Source: Plasmodiophora brassicae
Taxonomy: Eukaryota
Direction of reading: 5' to 3'
DNA length: 64,000 bases
NCBI GenBank assembly: GCA_036867785.1
Contig: CP145415.1
Coordinates: 186,001-250,000 of the forward strand
Shown: one piece after another, positions 48,038 to 60,150 of the stretch
Layout of the letters: each line of letters starts with the position of its first letter
How positions within the stretch are numbered: the stretch's first letter is position 1
Notes under the pieces: generated by a model
Told to the model about the DNA's origin: nothing
Seen by the model: the letters and a program-made list of their open reading frames with translations, nothing else
Database searches by the model: none
Program-made: the position numbers and the translations under genes

Positions 48038-49717
48038 ATGATGTTGTTTCGTGCTGCTTGTGCTGTTGCCGCCCTGTGCTGGATCGTGTCGATGGCCGGC
48101 CCCAGTGGAGACGACGTCCATATCTCGGCCGGTTCGCAACTCGCCTCCATTATTGACCAATTTGACACACACCTCGCCCCGCGCATCAACATCACAGTGG
48201 CACGTGCGCTCTTCCGGGCGTCGAAACGTTTCCGGCCGCTTGCAAGCAAGATCATGGCATTCCGGAGCCTGTTCGATCCACTTACGCCAAATGGAACGTT
48301 TCCCGACCTATTCGCCCAATGCCGAACGATGGATGTGCCCGCGATCGACGCCATCGACGCTGGAGAGTTCCTGCTCCACCGCCAGATCGTCTTCATCAAT
48401 CGCCTGCTGGACCATCACGACGCGATTCGCAACCTGAATAGGGCTCTGGAACGCGCAGTTGTCAACTGGGGGATCCCAGGAGGCGTCGTTCTCGGTACGG
48501 TTCTGCGTCACGTCACCGATTCGTTCCACTTCACTGCCGGACACCGTCAGGCCGCTGCTGATGCCCTAGAACATCTTCTACGTTGCAACGTCCGCTTCTC
48601 CGACTACGGCGATGACCGCGATGTTGTTGACAAGGGTCTCGAACATCTCGACCGTGCGGATCCCTCCAACGAAGAGTTCGGCGGCGAACGCTATGACGAC
48701 GACCGCTATGATGACGACGATGACATAACCAAGCGAGCGCTTCATCTGGTCGAAGAAAACGCTCCCGAGCACGCCCGGTTCGTACGCCTAGCTGTGTCTC
48801 GGCGTGTCTGGAAAGTGGTCGACGCGCTCGGCGTCCGCTTCCTCAGGTTCTTCGTCGAGCACGGTGGCGACATCAATGCCGTCCGCCAATTCTGGGACAA
48901 CCGTTCACGTATCAATGTTTTACTCGACGTGCTTCAGGATCGCAACTCGCTAGTCTATGTCGTCAACCTCGGCGTAGATGCCCTACGTTGGTTCCAGGAT
49001 CATTGGGAGGGGGCGTATGAGCGTTGTCCAGACCCGAAGCCGACCCTGGCTTCGGTAGTTGCGCAGCTGATGCACGAATTCGACGCGATGGCACTGACGA
49101 GGATTATTTACACCCAAAGCGTCCAACACTGGAGGGGCCCGGATACCCAAGATATCGGATGGTTGGAATCGATTTTCAACACCGTCATATCGTCAACGAT
49201 GTCAGCGGCGACGTTCTCGCGGCGTGCCTCCCGTTGGATTGCACTCGAGCAGATGCCGATTGCGGACGTCATCTTCCTGATCAAGCATCGCGGAGCTGAA
49301 ATCGTGGACGACGTGAACGTGAAATGGGTGAAACATCCACTTCTGTTGGATAAGTCTAATTTCGTCTTGCATGTCGTTATGTCGCGTGAGTCTCATCCTA
49401 TACTTGATGCCCTTATTGCGAACGCCGGGCGCCCTGCCGTGTCCCGCTTACAGAAGAACCACTCCGGCAAGAAAGTACGCCACCACGACCCCGACGCTCT
49501 CAGGGACGTCGACAACAGCCCGCGACGAGTGAGAGCAGCTCCACCGCAGAGCCGTTTTCGGTACTTGCCCCCGCTCTACACTGCCTTTCTTCGAACTCGT
49601 GCCCGGAACCAGCAACATCATCATCGTGCCCGGCGAGAGAAGACGGCGAACGTTATCGTCACATCTGACGATTCAGGTTGCAGTCAGTCACACCAACCGA
49701 ATGTACTACAAAAGTAG
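48038..49717 (+). CDS. Secreted protein, 559 aa, intronless; weak ankyrin-like segment; candidate effector
   Basis: Signal peptide MMLFRAACAVAALCWIVSMA; acidic YDDDRYDDDDD tract; FFVEHGGDINA resembles the end of an ankyrin repeat; basic C-terminus. Confidence 0.7.
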   Translation: MMLFRAACAVAALCWIVSMAGPSGDDVHISAGSQLASIIDQFDTHLAPRINITVARALFRASKRFRPLASKIMAFRSLFDPLTPNGTFPDLFAQCRTMDVPAIDAIDAGEFLLHRQIVFINRLLDHHDAIRNLNRALERAVVNWGIPGGVVLGTVLRHVTDSFHFTAGHRQAAADALEHLLRCNVRFSDYGDDRDVVDKGLEHLDRADPSNEEFGGERYDDDRYDDDDDITKRALHLVEENAPEHARFVRLAVSRRVWKVVDALGVRFLRFFVEHGGDINAVRQFWDNRSRINVLLDVLQDRNSLVYVVNLGVDALRWFQDHWEGAYERCPDPKPTLASVVAQLMHEFDAMALTRIIYTQSVQHWRGPDTQDIGWLESIFNTVISSTMSAATFSRRASRWIALEQMPIADVIFLIKHRGAEIVDDVNVKWVKHPLLLDKSNFVLHVVMSRESHPILDALIANAGRPAVSRLQKNHSGKKVRHHDPDALRDVDNSPRRVRAAPPQSRFRYLPPLYTAFLRTRARNQQHHHRARREKTANVIVTSDDSGCSQSHQPNVLQK

Positions 49718-49936
49718 TACCTCTGACCGTATGCATGGGATCGTCCCACTGTACCTTTGAATAAACAGTTCTCGCGTCTAGAGTGCGTCCTGCTTGTCGG
49801 CAGTCGTGTGGACCGCTGACGGCGCACCGAAAGCACCAAAAAGGTTTTTGTGTCGTGGAGAATTCACCTGAACCTGATCGCGTGAGCCGATCGCCCTGAA
49901 CACAAGTGAACCTGAACCTGAATCCTGACCGCGACG

Positions 49937-50827
49937 ATGAGTGGGGCGGGACGTAGACGGGCGCCTGCTGCAGAGCCGGCCGACCCAGTCGCTATGGAAG
50001 AAGTACATGAACAGCCTGAAGAACAATTACCTGCTCGGCATGACAACATCAACGGAGCCGCCGGAAACATGCTGAAGGGGCAAACTCCGATCTTTACACC
50101 TGTGACACCCCCGCAATTGAACAGCAGTACTGACTACAAATGTGTGACAGAATTCTTGACGAAGTACAAGAAGTATGCGGCTCTGATTGAAGATCGACGA
50201 AATCGCCACAGCCAGGATATCTACCCGGAAGCGATGAAGAACTGTATGCCTGACAGGATCCTCAACAGCATTGCAAAATTTCGTATTCCGAAACCTGTTC
50301 AGAACATTACTGGTGACGACATCAAAGGATACCTCGTGAAGATTCAGCGAGAAGCATTGTGCGAGGACAATCCCTTAAATGCATCAAACAGCATGAAAAT
50401 CGTAGCTGAACGTAAATACATCAGAATACATCGATGTGAGGCATGGGCCAATTGATGCGGTCAATCTGCCTATTCCTGCGCGGTCATTCGATATCCACGG
50501 TTACCGAAGTCTTTCTTCTCATGGACATTTGCTCGTGAAGCGAAACGCGCATGTGGATTGCGATACACGAGACCGTTTTCCATATTGAGTGTCGTTGTGT
50601 GCTGGTGGAGAAACGCTTGGTGTGTCTCCGGGTACTTTGGTGGTTGACATACAGCCGGCCTAACATCTGCTTTAACATGCAGTTTCATCGATTGCGCTCT
50701 ATAGTGCACAAATACCCAATATGGCGAACGAAGATCGACAATATGCCACCTGCTAAGGTAACTCCGATGAAACTGCATGTTAAAGCAGATGTTAGGCCGG
50801 TTGTATGTCAACCACCAAAGTACCCGG
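49937..50827. mobile_element. Ty3/gypsy-like LTR retrotransposon remnant (gag-like on +, RT N-terminus on -)
   Basis: Minus-strand P.KY....AFL.....L..NGLVYRNP.ARFAS...KK...GYRMT is typical of the start of gypsy RT. The plus-strand 172-aa ORF is gag-like by resemblance only. Confidence 0.65.
50628..50827. repeat. 63-bp inverted repeat (1 mismatch), 74-bp spacer
   Basis: 50628-50690 is the reverse complement of 50765-50827. Confidence 0.95.
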
Positions 50828-50829
50828 CC

Positions 50830-52460
50830 GCCTCCACATCACGGACAGATCCAGCTGGATCGTGAGGCCGTATGATGAGTCGTGTCGAACAAGCAGGTAC
50901 AGCCGCTTGTTCGACAACACGCTGACGTCGAAGAGCATCCACAGCGGGTTGTATCGTCTCAGCCGACGTAACAGCGACACGCGCCGATGACCTCGATATG
51001 GATACAACAGGCAGCTCAACAACGTCAACGTTGGAAATATGTCCATTACAATGCCATCACCACGGATGCGTCGGTAGGCACCGAGCAGGATGGCGAGACG
51101 TTCTTCCGTCACGTCACCGACGAATCCCACCGTTTGGTGAAGGACTGCCTGAACGAAGCGGGCTACGCATTCGGTGGAGATGGCAGAACAACATCCAGAA
51201 GAGCCTGCTCAAGTTCTCTGGGTGCATGAGCAAGGCCTTGGGTGAATCCCACTCTGGCTGGTCGTTAGACGACTACACCAACCTTGCCAAGGAATACTGC
51301 CACAAGGAGACGGAGAAAGAGTTCGGCAGGGAGCTCGTGTGGGTGGAGCCGTGGAGGTCAGAGGTAGGCGCCACTGCTATTATCGGCCCCTTCGGCCTGT
51401 TCCAGCATCGTCGCCAACCACCTGTTCCTGACGCAATTCGATGCGCGCTTCGACGAGCGGTTCGCTTGAGGCTCAAGTACTCCACCGACTCATTGGAAGT
51501 ACTGTCTTCAGCGAACAGCCTCGGGATTATACCGGTCACGAGCGGCAGCGGCCAGCTCATGTGCCGCCTACGCTCGCTTGCGGGCAATTTCGCTCTTCGC
51601 ATGTCCCTGGCGAGGAACTCCTGGAGAAACCCACACACAGCGGCCTGCTTCTTCAAACTTCAATCGCTTGGCCTTGTTCTTGTGGTAGTAATCCTTGGCA
51701 AGGTTGGTGTGGTCGTGTACGCCCAGCCAGATTGCGATTCGGCCAAGGCCTTGCTCATGCACCCAGACAACTTGAGCAGCCTCTTCTGGATGTTGTTCTT
51801 CCATCTCCAACGAACGCTTAGCCAGCTTCGTGCTTGGAAGAACGACGGGGGAGCCCTTCCCCAAATGGTGGGATTCGTCGGTGACGCGACGGCAGAACGT
51901 CTCGCCCTCGTGGACGGTGCCTACCGGCGCATCCGTGGTGATGGCCTTGTGAGCTCTGACGATGGTGATGTCCTCGGAAGACGTGAAGTTCTGCTGCCCG
52001 GGTGCCTTCCCGCGACGAGCAGGAGTCGACGACGACGACAACCCCGGCGCGCGCGCTGTCCGCCATCAATGGATCTGACGACGGATTTACCAAACTGACA
52101 TATTCCCTATCATTATCTTTACGTTATAGAACGCCTACCCTCCCGGTAAGCGTTATAAAACAGAGCTGTAGTCCTCACGTACCCGCACAGACGAAGTAGC
52201 GCCGGGTGCGCTTCGTCACACTCAGGACGCACAGCATCTAATTGCTCATCGGCGGGTGTTAGACGGGTCGTTGCCACATCGTCGTCGCTCGACACGGGGT
52301 CCAAACCCTCTGTAGTCGGTACTGGCCGATGCGACCGCTGGGCACAGGGCAGTTTCGGGTTTTGACCAGATGCCGAAGAACATACTGCATCAAGCATCGA
52401 AAGGACGTACCTACTACCTATGTAGGAAGACAAGGTCGGCCCGACCCGATGTCGGCAGGC
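50830..52460. mobile_element. Composite repeat block 2 (paralog of 43190-44910 plus 47730-47870)
   Basis: Same unidentified fragment, Myb-like pieces and right flank (TTATAGAACGCCTACCCTCCCGGTAAG...). Confidence 0.72.
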
Positions 52461-52589
52461 CGGATTGAAAGACAGCTGGGGAGACGATGACGGATGCAGA
52501 GTTTGTCAAGGTGCTACGATGCCGGACCATGCAACAAGGCGGGCGACTCGGATCAATGCTTTGGTGCACTCGGACGTTATAATTTCGAC

Positions 52590-52740
52590 CACCGAGTCAA
52601 GTGTTTGCGAAGCGACAACGGGGGCGAGTTCACAAGCAAGGAATTCGAGGAAACACGAGATGAGCGACGTCCCGCACAGACAAGCGCAGAACGGCATCGC
52701 GGAACTCATGGAACGAACGCCGCTGGAGATGGCAAACCTG
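52590..52740 (+). mobile_element. Ty1/copia integrase fragment
   Basis: KCLRSDNGGEFTSKEF and, after a frameshift, QNGIAELMERTPLEMA. Confidence 0.85.
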
Positions 52741-53001
52741 GACGGTCGCAGCGATCGGCCGGCGTGTCGGGCCCCTCGTCGACGTCTGACAACTCGCGCT
52801 CAACACCGGTCATGGGAGTCGAAGGTCTGGACGAGGTCGGTTCTCAGGGGGATTCAATCTCAAACGCCAGGATGTTCTCGGTGATCATTCGGCTACAATG
52901 TCACGATACGACGAACGACGACAAGATAACGTTTGCCAGCGGGAGATATAAATAGATCGGTTGAGGATCGCGCAGTTTGTCCGCGGGCGCAACTTTGGGC
53001 A

Positions 53002-54454
53002 ATGCAGCAGCAGCAGCTCATGACGTTGCTCTGGGCGGTAGCCGTAGTTGTCGGTCCGGCGTCGGCAGCCTGGATTGAGGAATTGCCTGATGATGATACG
53101 CTTGTGCGCCGCGTGTCGGAGACATTGTCATGCGTGCTCTGCCCCAATGACGACCGTCATCAAGCTTACGCGTCTTGCCGCTTGCTGGCGTTCCAGCTGT
53201 CTTCCGCGTTGGTTCCTGTCCTCTGGGCGACGTTCGACATCGAAACGTATACAGTCGTCGATTGCATATCTGGTCAGCGACCCTGCACGGAGATGGTCGA
53301 CGGCATTGACTGGCGGCAAGTCGCCAAACTACACGACCATCCAGGTACTACAGTAAACCGCTTCGAGAGCGCGCTTCGCAACATATGCCGCGCCCTAGCG
53401 GCCTCCCTACGGATTCTGAACGATCCTGTTCTGATGAGGCACATTCTGCATCGCGTCCTCAGCTTTACTCATGTCAAGAATGTGTCGGACATCTTGAAGG
53501 ACGACGGCCAATGGGCAGAATTCAGTGCTCGTCTTTCTGGTCATCTCGTCAAGCATCGCAGAATAGCATTAGCGCCGTCCAGGATCTGTGGGCGTCCATC
53601 TCGTTCGATGCCATTGGTGGCGCCGTCAACGTCTCTGCTGTCGGGCATTCCCTGAGGGACTTGATGGCTTCGGCGCGACTCGGAATGCCTGCATTCCTAT
53701 CTCGACTTCGTGCCCTTGACGTTGGCGGCCTTGTTGAAGCGCTTACTCAGGTCCTGGGTTCCATTCGCCACCAGTCGCAGATCTGCTCGGAATGCCTACC
53801 GGCGATTTGATCGTCTCTCTCGCTTGCGATTGCGCATTTGCTAACCTTGACCACGTGTCCAAGTTCGTGCAGTCGCCCGGTTTCGCAGGTGCCACAGCCC
53901 ATATTGTCGTCCCAGTAATGGGCACAGCCATCGAGATCCTGCAGCAAGTGCTTGCGATCATTGATGGTATTCGGCGGGATTACATGGCCGCCGTCCCGGC
54001 GGCACTGGTGCGTCCACGTGAGACTCAACGGTCACAAAGCCTCCATGGCAATTCGGGATACTGGTGGCAGGAGAATACAGCCGCACACGCCCGGCCTGTG
54101 AAGACAGAACACCAAACGATATTGTTAAGGAGGACCACGATGGCGGTGTTAGTTCCTCTCGCATTGCTCGGAGGTTTCCTGCTGCGTCGTCAGGCTCCAA
54201 CGTTGTCGCAGGTTCCGTCACCGTTGCAACCGACGGCATCGCCGACCTCATCCCCACCCGCAACGAAACCGTTATGGCCGTCGGTTGGCGCCGGGATCGC
54301 AGCCGCTGTTGTCGCAGGTGTCTTCGCCAACCGATTGGCACCATCGTCGTCTTCTTCCGTTCACACGGCTTCCCCACCGTCTACAAGCTCAACAATGTCG
54401 TCGCACCGTATCCACGTCGCGACGATTGTCGCCGTTATTGTCGCCTTCTTTTAA
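53002..54454 (+). CDS. Secreted or membrane-anchored hypothetical protein spread over three frames (introns or frameshifts)
   Basis: Signal-like MTLLWAVAVVVGPASA; consecutive ORFs 52933-53655, 53385-53810 and 53792-54454; C-terminal hydrophobic segments separated by P/S/T-rich linkers. Confidence 0.5.
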
Positions 54455-55090
54455 TACACCATTGTTGCCTCTTATCGGTCATCCGGCCGGTCCTTGCTTA
54501 TCCTCTGCCCCATACTGGTCAAGTTGAGCGACGGTGAACGACGGTTCAGCGTTGGGCTAACATCATTCTGCCTAGTTAGTTCATTATGTTGTTCGTGATG
54601 CTCGTTGACATGATCTGCAATATGGCCGCTGCCACTGTCGAGTTCATCCCGGATGAAGGTAGACTTTGATCGCCAGCTGTGTTTGGCATTACTTATCTTA
54701 CATGCTCTGCCCGGAGTGGTCTAGGTAGGTAGTTGCCGAAGCGCCTCCACCCATCTTCAGTACCGTGTTCAGCAGATATGGTATGCATCTCCCTATGTAG
54801 GTCCGCCATCAACTGGCAGCAAGTCGGCGAGTTGTAAGCCGACGCTGAGACCGGGACAAGTCGTTTCGAGACATTTTCAACTCATAGAGTTGGCCACTCA
54901 CGAAAGACATGTCCAGGTGCACGCGCCCCGAGATCCCTACGTACAACTCTATTCCAGATTTCGCTCTAAAGCGCGACCTATACACAGAGGCCTCACTTCT
55001 TTAATACCGTGGATCGCTGATGCGTACAGGGGACAATGCTTTAGGAGGCGTTGACGAAGGCACATTTCAGTGAACGGCATATCGCTCACC

Positions 55091-56597
55091 ATGTGGGCCA
55101 TGACGTTGAAGTGCATGACGGCCTCCCTTGCTGCTTCGGTTGCATGGGGATCGATGACATTCCCAGGGACATCCAATCCACTTCTGGCCGGACTTTCGCT
55201 GTATACTCCTTCAATGAGTTTGTTCGTGGGACCGCAGCCGCAGGACAACATTGGCCCTGTTACGCGCCCTTTGGCCATTACCTTCGGTGATATATGCGAT
55301 GCGCGCACTGCAGGCGAGAATATCGTTCGAGACAAAGTGGTCTTGTTAGCTTCTGGCATCAGCCAGACGTGTTCGTTCGAAACAGTCTACCTCAACTATA
55401 TATCATCGGGCGCCGCTGCCATCATTCACCGTAAGAACACATTTTCTTTCGGCATGGCCGCCTAGGTAGCTCATCATGATGCCAGAGAGCACGAAATTCG
55501 GCGTCCCGGGAGTATACTGGTATATTCAGGACGGCTCGCATGGAGCACGAACCCGCTGGCATGCCATGATGTACCTGGACTTCATCCCGCCTTCGCAGGC
55601 GATAATGGACGCGATGCTGGACAGTGCCGGGACGAATGTAACCGTTTATCCGGATCCGAACGCATGGGTCGACACGTACCAATCCTGGTACTACCAGACT
55701 TTCGTTCGCTTCATCCCCAGCTTGATCTTCATTGCCTCCGGATTGGTTGCCGCCTATTTCTTCGCCATCCACATGGTGCTTGTGCGGGACGATGCTGACT
55801 CCCGGAACAATTACAAGAGCTTGCCTGCTCGGGTAGGCACCATTGCCCGGAAAATCTCATCAGCGCACACAGTCTTGGCGATTGAGATGGTGACCTCCAC
55901 GACGATTGGTGTCGTCGACGCCGCCAGCGGGTTCTTCAGCAACAGCACACTGCCGGATCGCCTTGTCCTGTATATGTTTATGCACTTCAACGGCTGGGGC
56001 TTGGCCTGTTCGGTCCTGTCGGCGCGTGTCTGGTACCGTCACCTGCATGCGGTCATGGAGCCTGTCGGCAACGTCTCCATCGTCACACGCGTGCTTCGCG
56101 GTGACTATGTATGGGTGACATGCTTCCTGTGTGCCGCATCCATCATCGCTGACACCGCCGGCAGCGTGTACTTCGCAACGTTCCATCTCACCTCAGGAGT
56201 AGCGATCGTCACCGGCGCCTTCATCCTGACGATGCAGCTCGTCCTGGGCACCAACCTGCTGATCGCCACCGTCCGGTTCTTCCTCACGGCGCGCGAGACG
56301 ACGTCGACGGTGTCCGGTGCTGTTGTTCCCAACAGCCGAGTCCCCATGCAACGCGTCCTGCGTCGTTTGGCCGCTTGCGCGTTGGGGCTGGCGCTCTCCA
56401 TGCTCCTCTACTGCAGCGGGCTGTTGATCATCGCTGGGCAGCAAGATTACTTCGATACGCCACCCGGTTGGACACTGGCGTGGTCGCTTGGGATTACCGG
56501 CCGTGCTCTTGACAGCGCGTTCCGCGTCGCCATGTTTCGACCTCGCCGGCGCAGCAACCGCTGTGGGGTCACCTCGGCTGACCCAGGGCATACGTAG
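55091..56597 (+). CDS. Signal peptide + PA-like domain + 7TM membrane protein, paralog 2
   Basis: DKVVLL....TCSFETVY...GAAAII, intron at about 55430-55485, then seven TM segments. Clearly homologous to paralog 1. Confidence 0.78.
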
Positions 56598-56819
56598 TCG
56601 TTGCGAGCGAACACCACCGGTGCCATGTGCTGCTCCGGCTGTCTGAACACACACCAGTGCGCCTCCCATGAACAATCAATACTATTTCGATGTACGGGTC
56701 GGGAGATGTGCACACTGGAGCAACTGTCGCCCTCTGGAATCAGGGCACCGTTCTCCAAACAAAGGAGGTGTTGACGTGAGGCACCTGTATTGCTAGCTGT
56801 TGCCAGGCTGGAGAAGACG

Positions 56820-57498
56820 TCAGCCAGTGCTGTCCCGCTTCTTCCTGTAGTCCTGGACGGCCGACTTGATGGCGTCCTCCGCCAGCATGGAGCAATGAAG
56901 CTTCACGGGCGGCAGGCTCAAGTGTTTGGCGATATCGCTGTTCCGGATTTTCAGGACCTCATCGAGCTTCTTGCCTGCACCACAGTATTCGTGTTCAATC
57001 GGCGAGGTTGACCCGATCATCGTATACCATGGGCGAGCGCCACCTCTGATCCATTCGGTAGCTAGAGAAGATGCCGCGATGGCCGAGCCGCACCCAAACG
57101 TCTTGAATTTGGCATCCTCGACGACGCCGTCTTTGTCAACCTGTCAGCCCGACGTCAGATAGATCAGTAGATTTCATCAAGCGGTTCTCTCGCAACCTTG
57201 ATTTGAAGGCGCAACACGTCGCCGCAGGCAGGAGCCCCTATGGCGCCGTCAGTTACAACAACCGTCCCGTGGGCACACACCTAGGGAACGCAGGCGCCTA
57301 CCGACAAGACCGGTGCCAACGCTGGGATCCTGCCTGTCCAACGTGCCCGCATTGCGCGGGTTCTCGTAGTGATCGCTGACCCAGACCAATCAGCAAGGCC
57401 ACGCAACACCGTCCGGCCACCGCACCGTACATGACGCGTTTGTGATACGCACGGACGGCTCGACGCGCCACCCAGGCCCGTCGCGACAACCGCTGCAT
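56820..57498 (-). CDS. ISCU: Mitochondrial iron-sulfur cluster scaffold IscU/ISU1
   Basis: Arg-rich presequence, DHYENPRN, GAPACGDV.RLQIK, FKTFGCGSAIA and LPPVKLHCSMLAEDAIK; several short introns. Confidence 0.93.
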
Positions 57499-58151
57499 CA
57501 CCCGCGAACAGCCGGAACGGTCACGAGGCCGCACGCGGTCGGCGTTCCAGAAGGGTACGGCCACGCGACGACGCGGCGATCGCGCGACCCGATCCGGTCC
57601 TCGTCGCTCCCGGCGACCGAGCATAGTAGTAAAAGAACGAGCGCGCACGCGCGCGCCGCCGCTTCCAGCCTCGGCGGACTGGTGCACGTCCGGGACGCGC
57701 GTTGTCGCACGTGCTCTGTCCGGAATGCTCTAGTTGCCGGCCAAGGGCCTCCTAGTTACGTAACACGTGGCGTCTGATATGACGTCGGTTTCGCTGTAAT
57801 TCCCATCTTCAGTATACCGTGTTCAGCAGGTATGCCGTTCCCGAATGCATCTCACGGCCGCTACTCTATGTAGGTCAGCCATCAACTGGCGGCATAGCGG
57901 CGAGTTGTAAGTCTACGCTGAGGCCGAGACAAATCGTTTCGAGACATTCCTATCCAGATTTCGCTCAGGCTCATGCAGACAATAGGGACGTCGTTTGGGA
58001 AACAAGACGATTAAAATGCTCTTTGTTAAAATGCGACCTATATATACACGACGCCTCTTTTCTTTAATATCGTGGATCGCTGATGCGTACAGGGGACAAG
58101 GTTTTAGGGTGGTGACGAAGGCACATTTCAGTGAACGGCATATCGATCCGC

Positions 58152-59645
58152 ATGTGGGCCATGACGTTGAAGTGTCTGACAGCCTTCCTTGCTGCTTCGG
58201 CTGCATGGGGATCGATGACATTCCCAGGGACATCCAATCCACTTCTGGCAGGACTTTCGCTGTATACGCCTTCAATGAGTTTGTTCGTGGGGCCGCAGCC
58301 GCAGGACAACATTGATTCTGTTACGCGCCCTTTGGTCATTACCTTCGGTGATATATGCGACGCAAGCAATGCAGGCGGGAATTTCATCCGGGACAAAGTC
58401 GTCTTGTTAGCGTCTGGCATCAGCCAGACGTGTTCGTTCGAAACAGTCTACCTCAACTATATATCATCCGGCGCCGCTGCCATCATTCACCGTAAGAACA
58501 CATTTTCTTTCCGCATGGCCGCCTAGCTCATCATGATTGCAGAGAACACGGAATTCGGCGTTCCAGGCGTACACTGGTATGCTCAGGACGGCTCGCATGG
58601 AGCACGAACCCGCTGGCATGCCATGATGTACCTGGACTTCATCCCGCCTTCGCAGGCAATAATGGACGCGATGTTGGACAGTGCCGGGACGAATGTAACC
58701 GTTTATCCGGATAAGAACGTGTGGGTCGACACGTACCAATCCTGGTACTACCAGACCTTCGTTCGCTTCATCCCCAGCTTGATCTTCGTTGCCTCGGGAT
58801 TGATTGCTGCCTATTTCTTCGCCATCCACATGGTGCTTGTGCGGGACGATGCTGGCACCCGGAGGAGTTTGCCTGCTCGGGTAGGCACCATTGCCCGGAG
58901 GATCTCATCGGCGCACATAGTCTTGGCGATTGAGATGGTGACCTCCACGACGATTGGTATCGTGGACGCCGCCAGCGGGTTCTTCAGCGGCAGCACACTG
59001 CCGGATCGTCTTGTCCTGTATATGATGATGCACTTCAACGGCTGGGGCCTGGTCTGTTCGGTTCTGTCGGCGCGTGTCTGGTACCGTCACCTGCATGCCG
59101 TCATCGAACCTGTCGACGACGTCTCCATCGTCACACGCGTGCTTCGCGGTGACTATGCATGGGTGACATGCTTGCTGTGTGTCGCATCCATCATCGCCGA
59201 CACCGCCGGCAGCGTGTATTTCGCAACGTCCTCTCTCAACTCAGGAGTAGCGACCGTCAGCGGCGCCTTCATCCTGACCATGCAGCTCACCCTGGGCACC
59301 AACCTGCTGATCGCCACCGTCCGGTTCTTCCTCACGGCGCGCAAGACGACGTCGACGGTGGCCGGTGCTGTTGTTCCCAGCAGCCAAGTCCCCATGCAAC
59401 GCGTCCTACGTCGTTTGGCCGCTTGCGCATTGGGACTAGCGCTCTCCATGCTCCTCTACTGCAGTGGGCTGCTGATCATCGCTGGACCGCAAGATTTCTT
59501 CGATACGCCACCCGGTTGGACACTGGCGTGGTCGCTTGGGATTACCGGCCGTGCTCTTGACAGCGCGTTCCGCGTCGCCATGTTCCGACCTCGTCGGCGC
59601 AGCAAACGCTGTGGCGTCACGCCGGCTGACCCAGGGCATACGTAG
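58152..59645 (+). CDS. Signal peptide + PA-like domain + 7TM membrane protein, paralog 3
   Basis: Close, intact duplicate of paralog 2 with the same intron position. Confidence 0.78.
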
Positions 59646-59878
59646 TCGTTGCGAGCGAACACCACCCGGGCCATGTGCTGCTCCGGCCGTCTGAACGCAC
59701 ACCAGTGCGCCACCCATGAAGAATCAATACAATGAACGGGCCGGGAGATGTGCAGGCCCACAGGAGTCATACACAGGAGCGACTGTCGCCCTGTCGAATC
59801 ATGTCACTGTGCTCCAAACAAGAGAGGCGTTGACGTGAGGCACCTGAATTACTAGCTGTTGCCCGGCTGGAGAAGACG

Positions 59879-60150
59879 TCAGCCGTCCCGCTTCTTCCTG
59901 TAGTCCTGGACGGCCGACTTGATGGCGTCCTCTGCCAGCATGGAGCAGTGAAGCTTCACGGGCGGCAGGCTCAAGTGTTTGGCGATACCGCTGTTCCGGA
60001 TGTTCAGCACCTCATCGAGTTTCTTCCCTGGATCACCGAGTTCGTGTTCAATCGGTGAGGTTGACCAGATCATCGTATACCATGGCCGAGCGCCACCTCC
60101 GCACGGACGGCTCGACGCGCCACCCAGGCCCGTCGCGACAACGGCTGCAT
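59879..60150 (-). pseudogene. ISCU: IscU pseudogene with ~400-bp internal deletion
   Basis: Presequence and last exon are retained. The junction CACCTC|CGCACGG near 60100 skips the equivalent of 57047-57447, which holds two of the three conserved Cys motifs. Confidence 0.9.
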
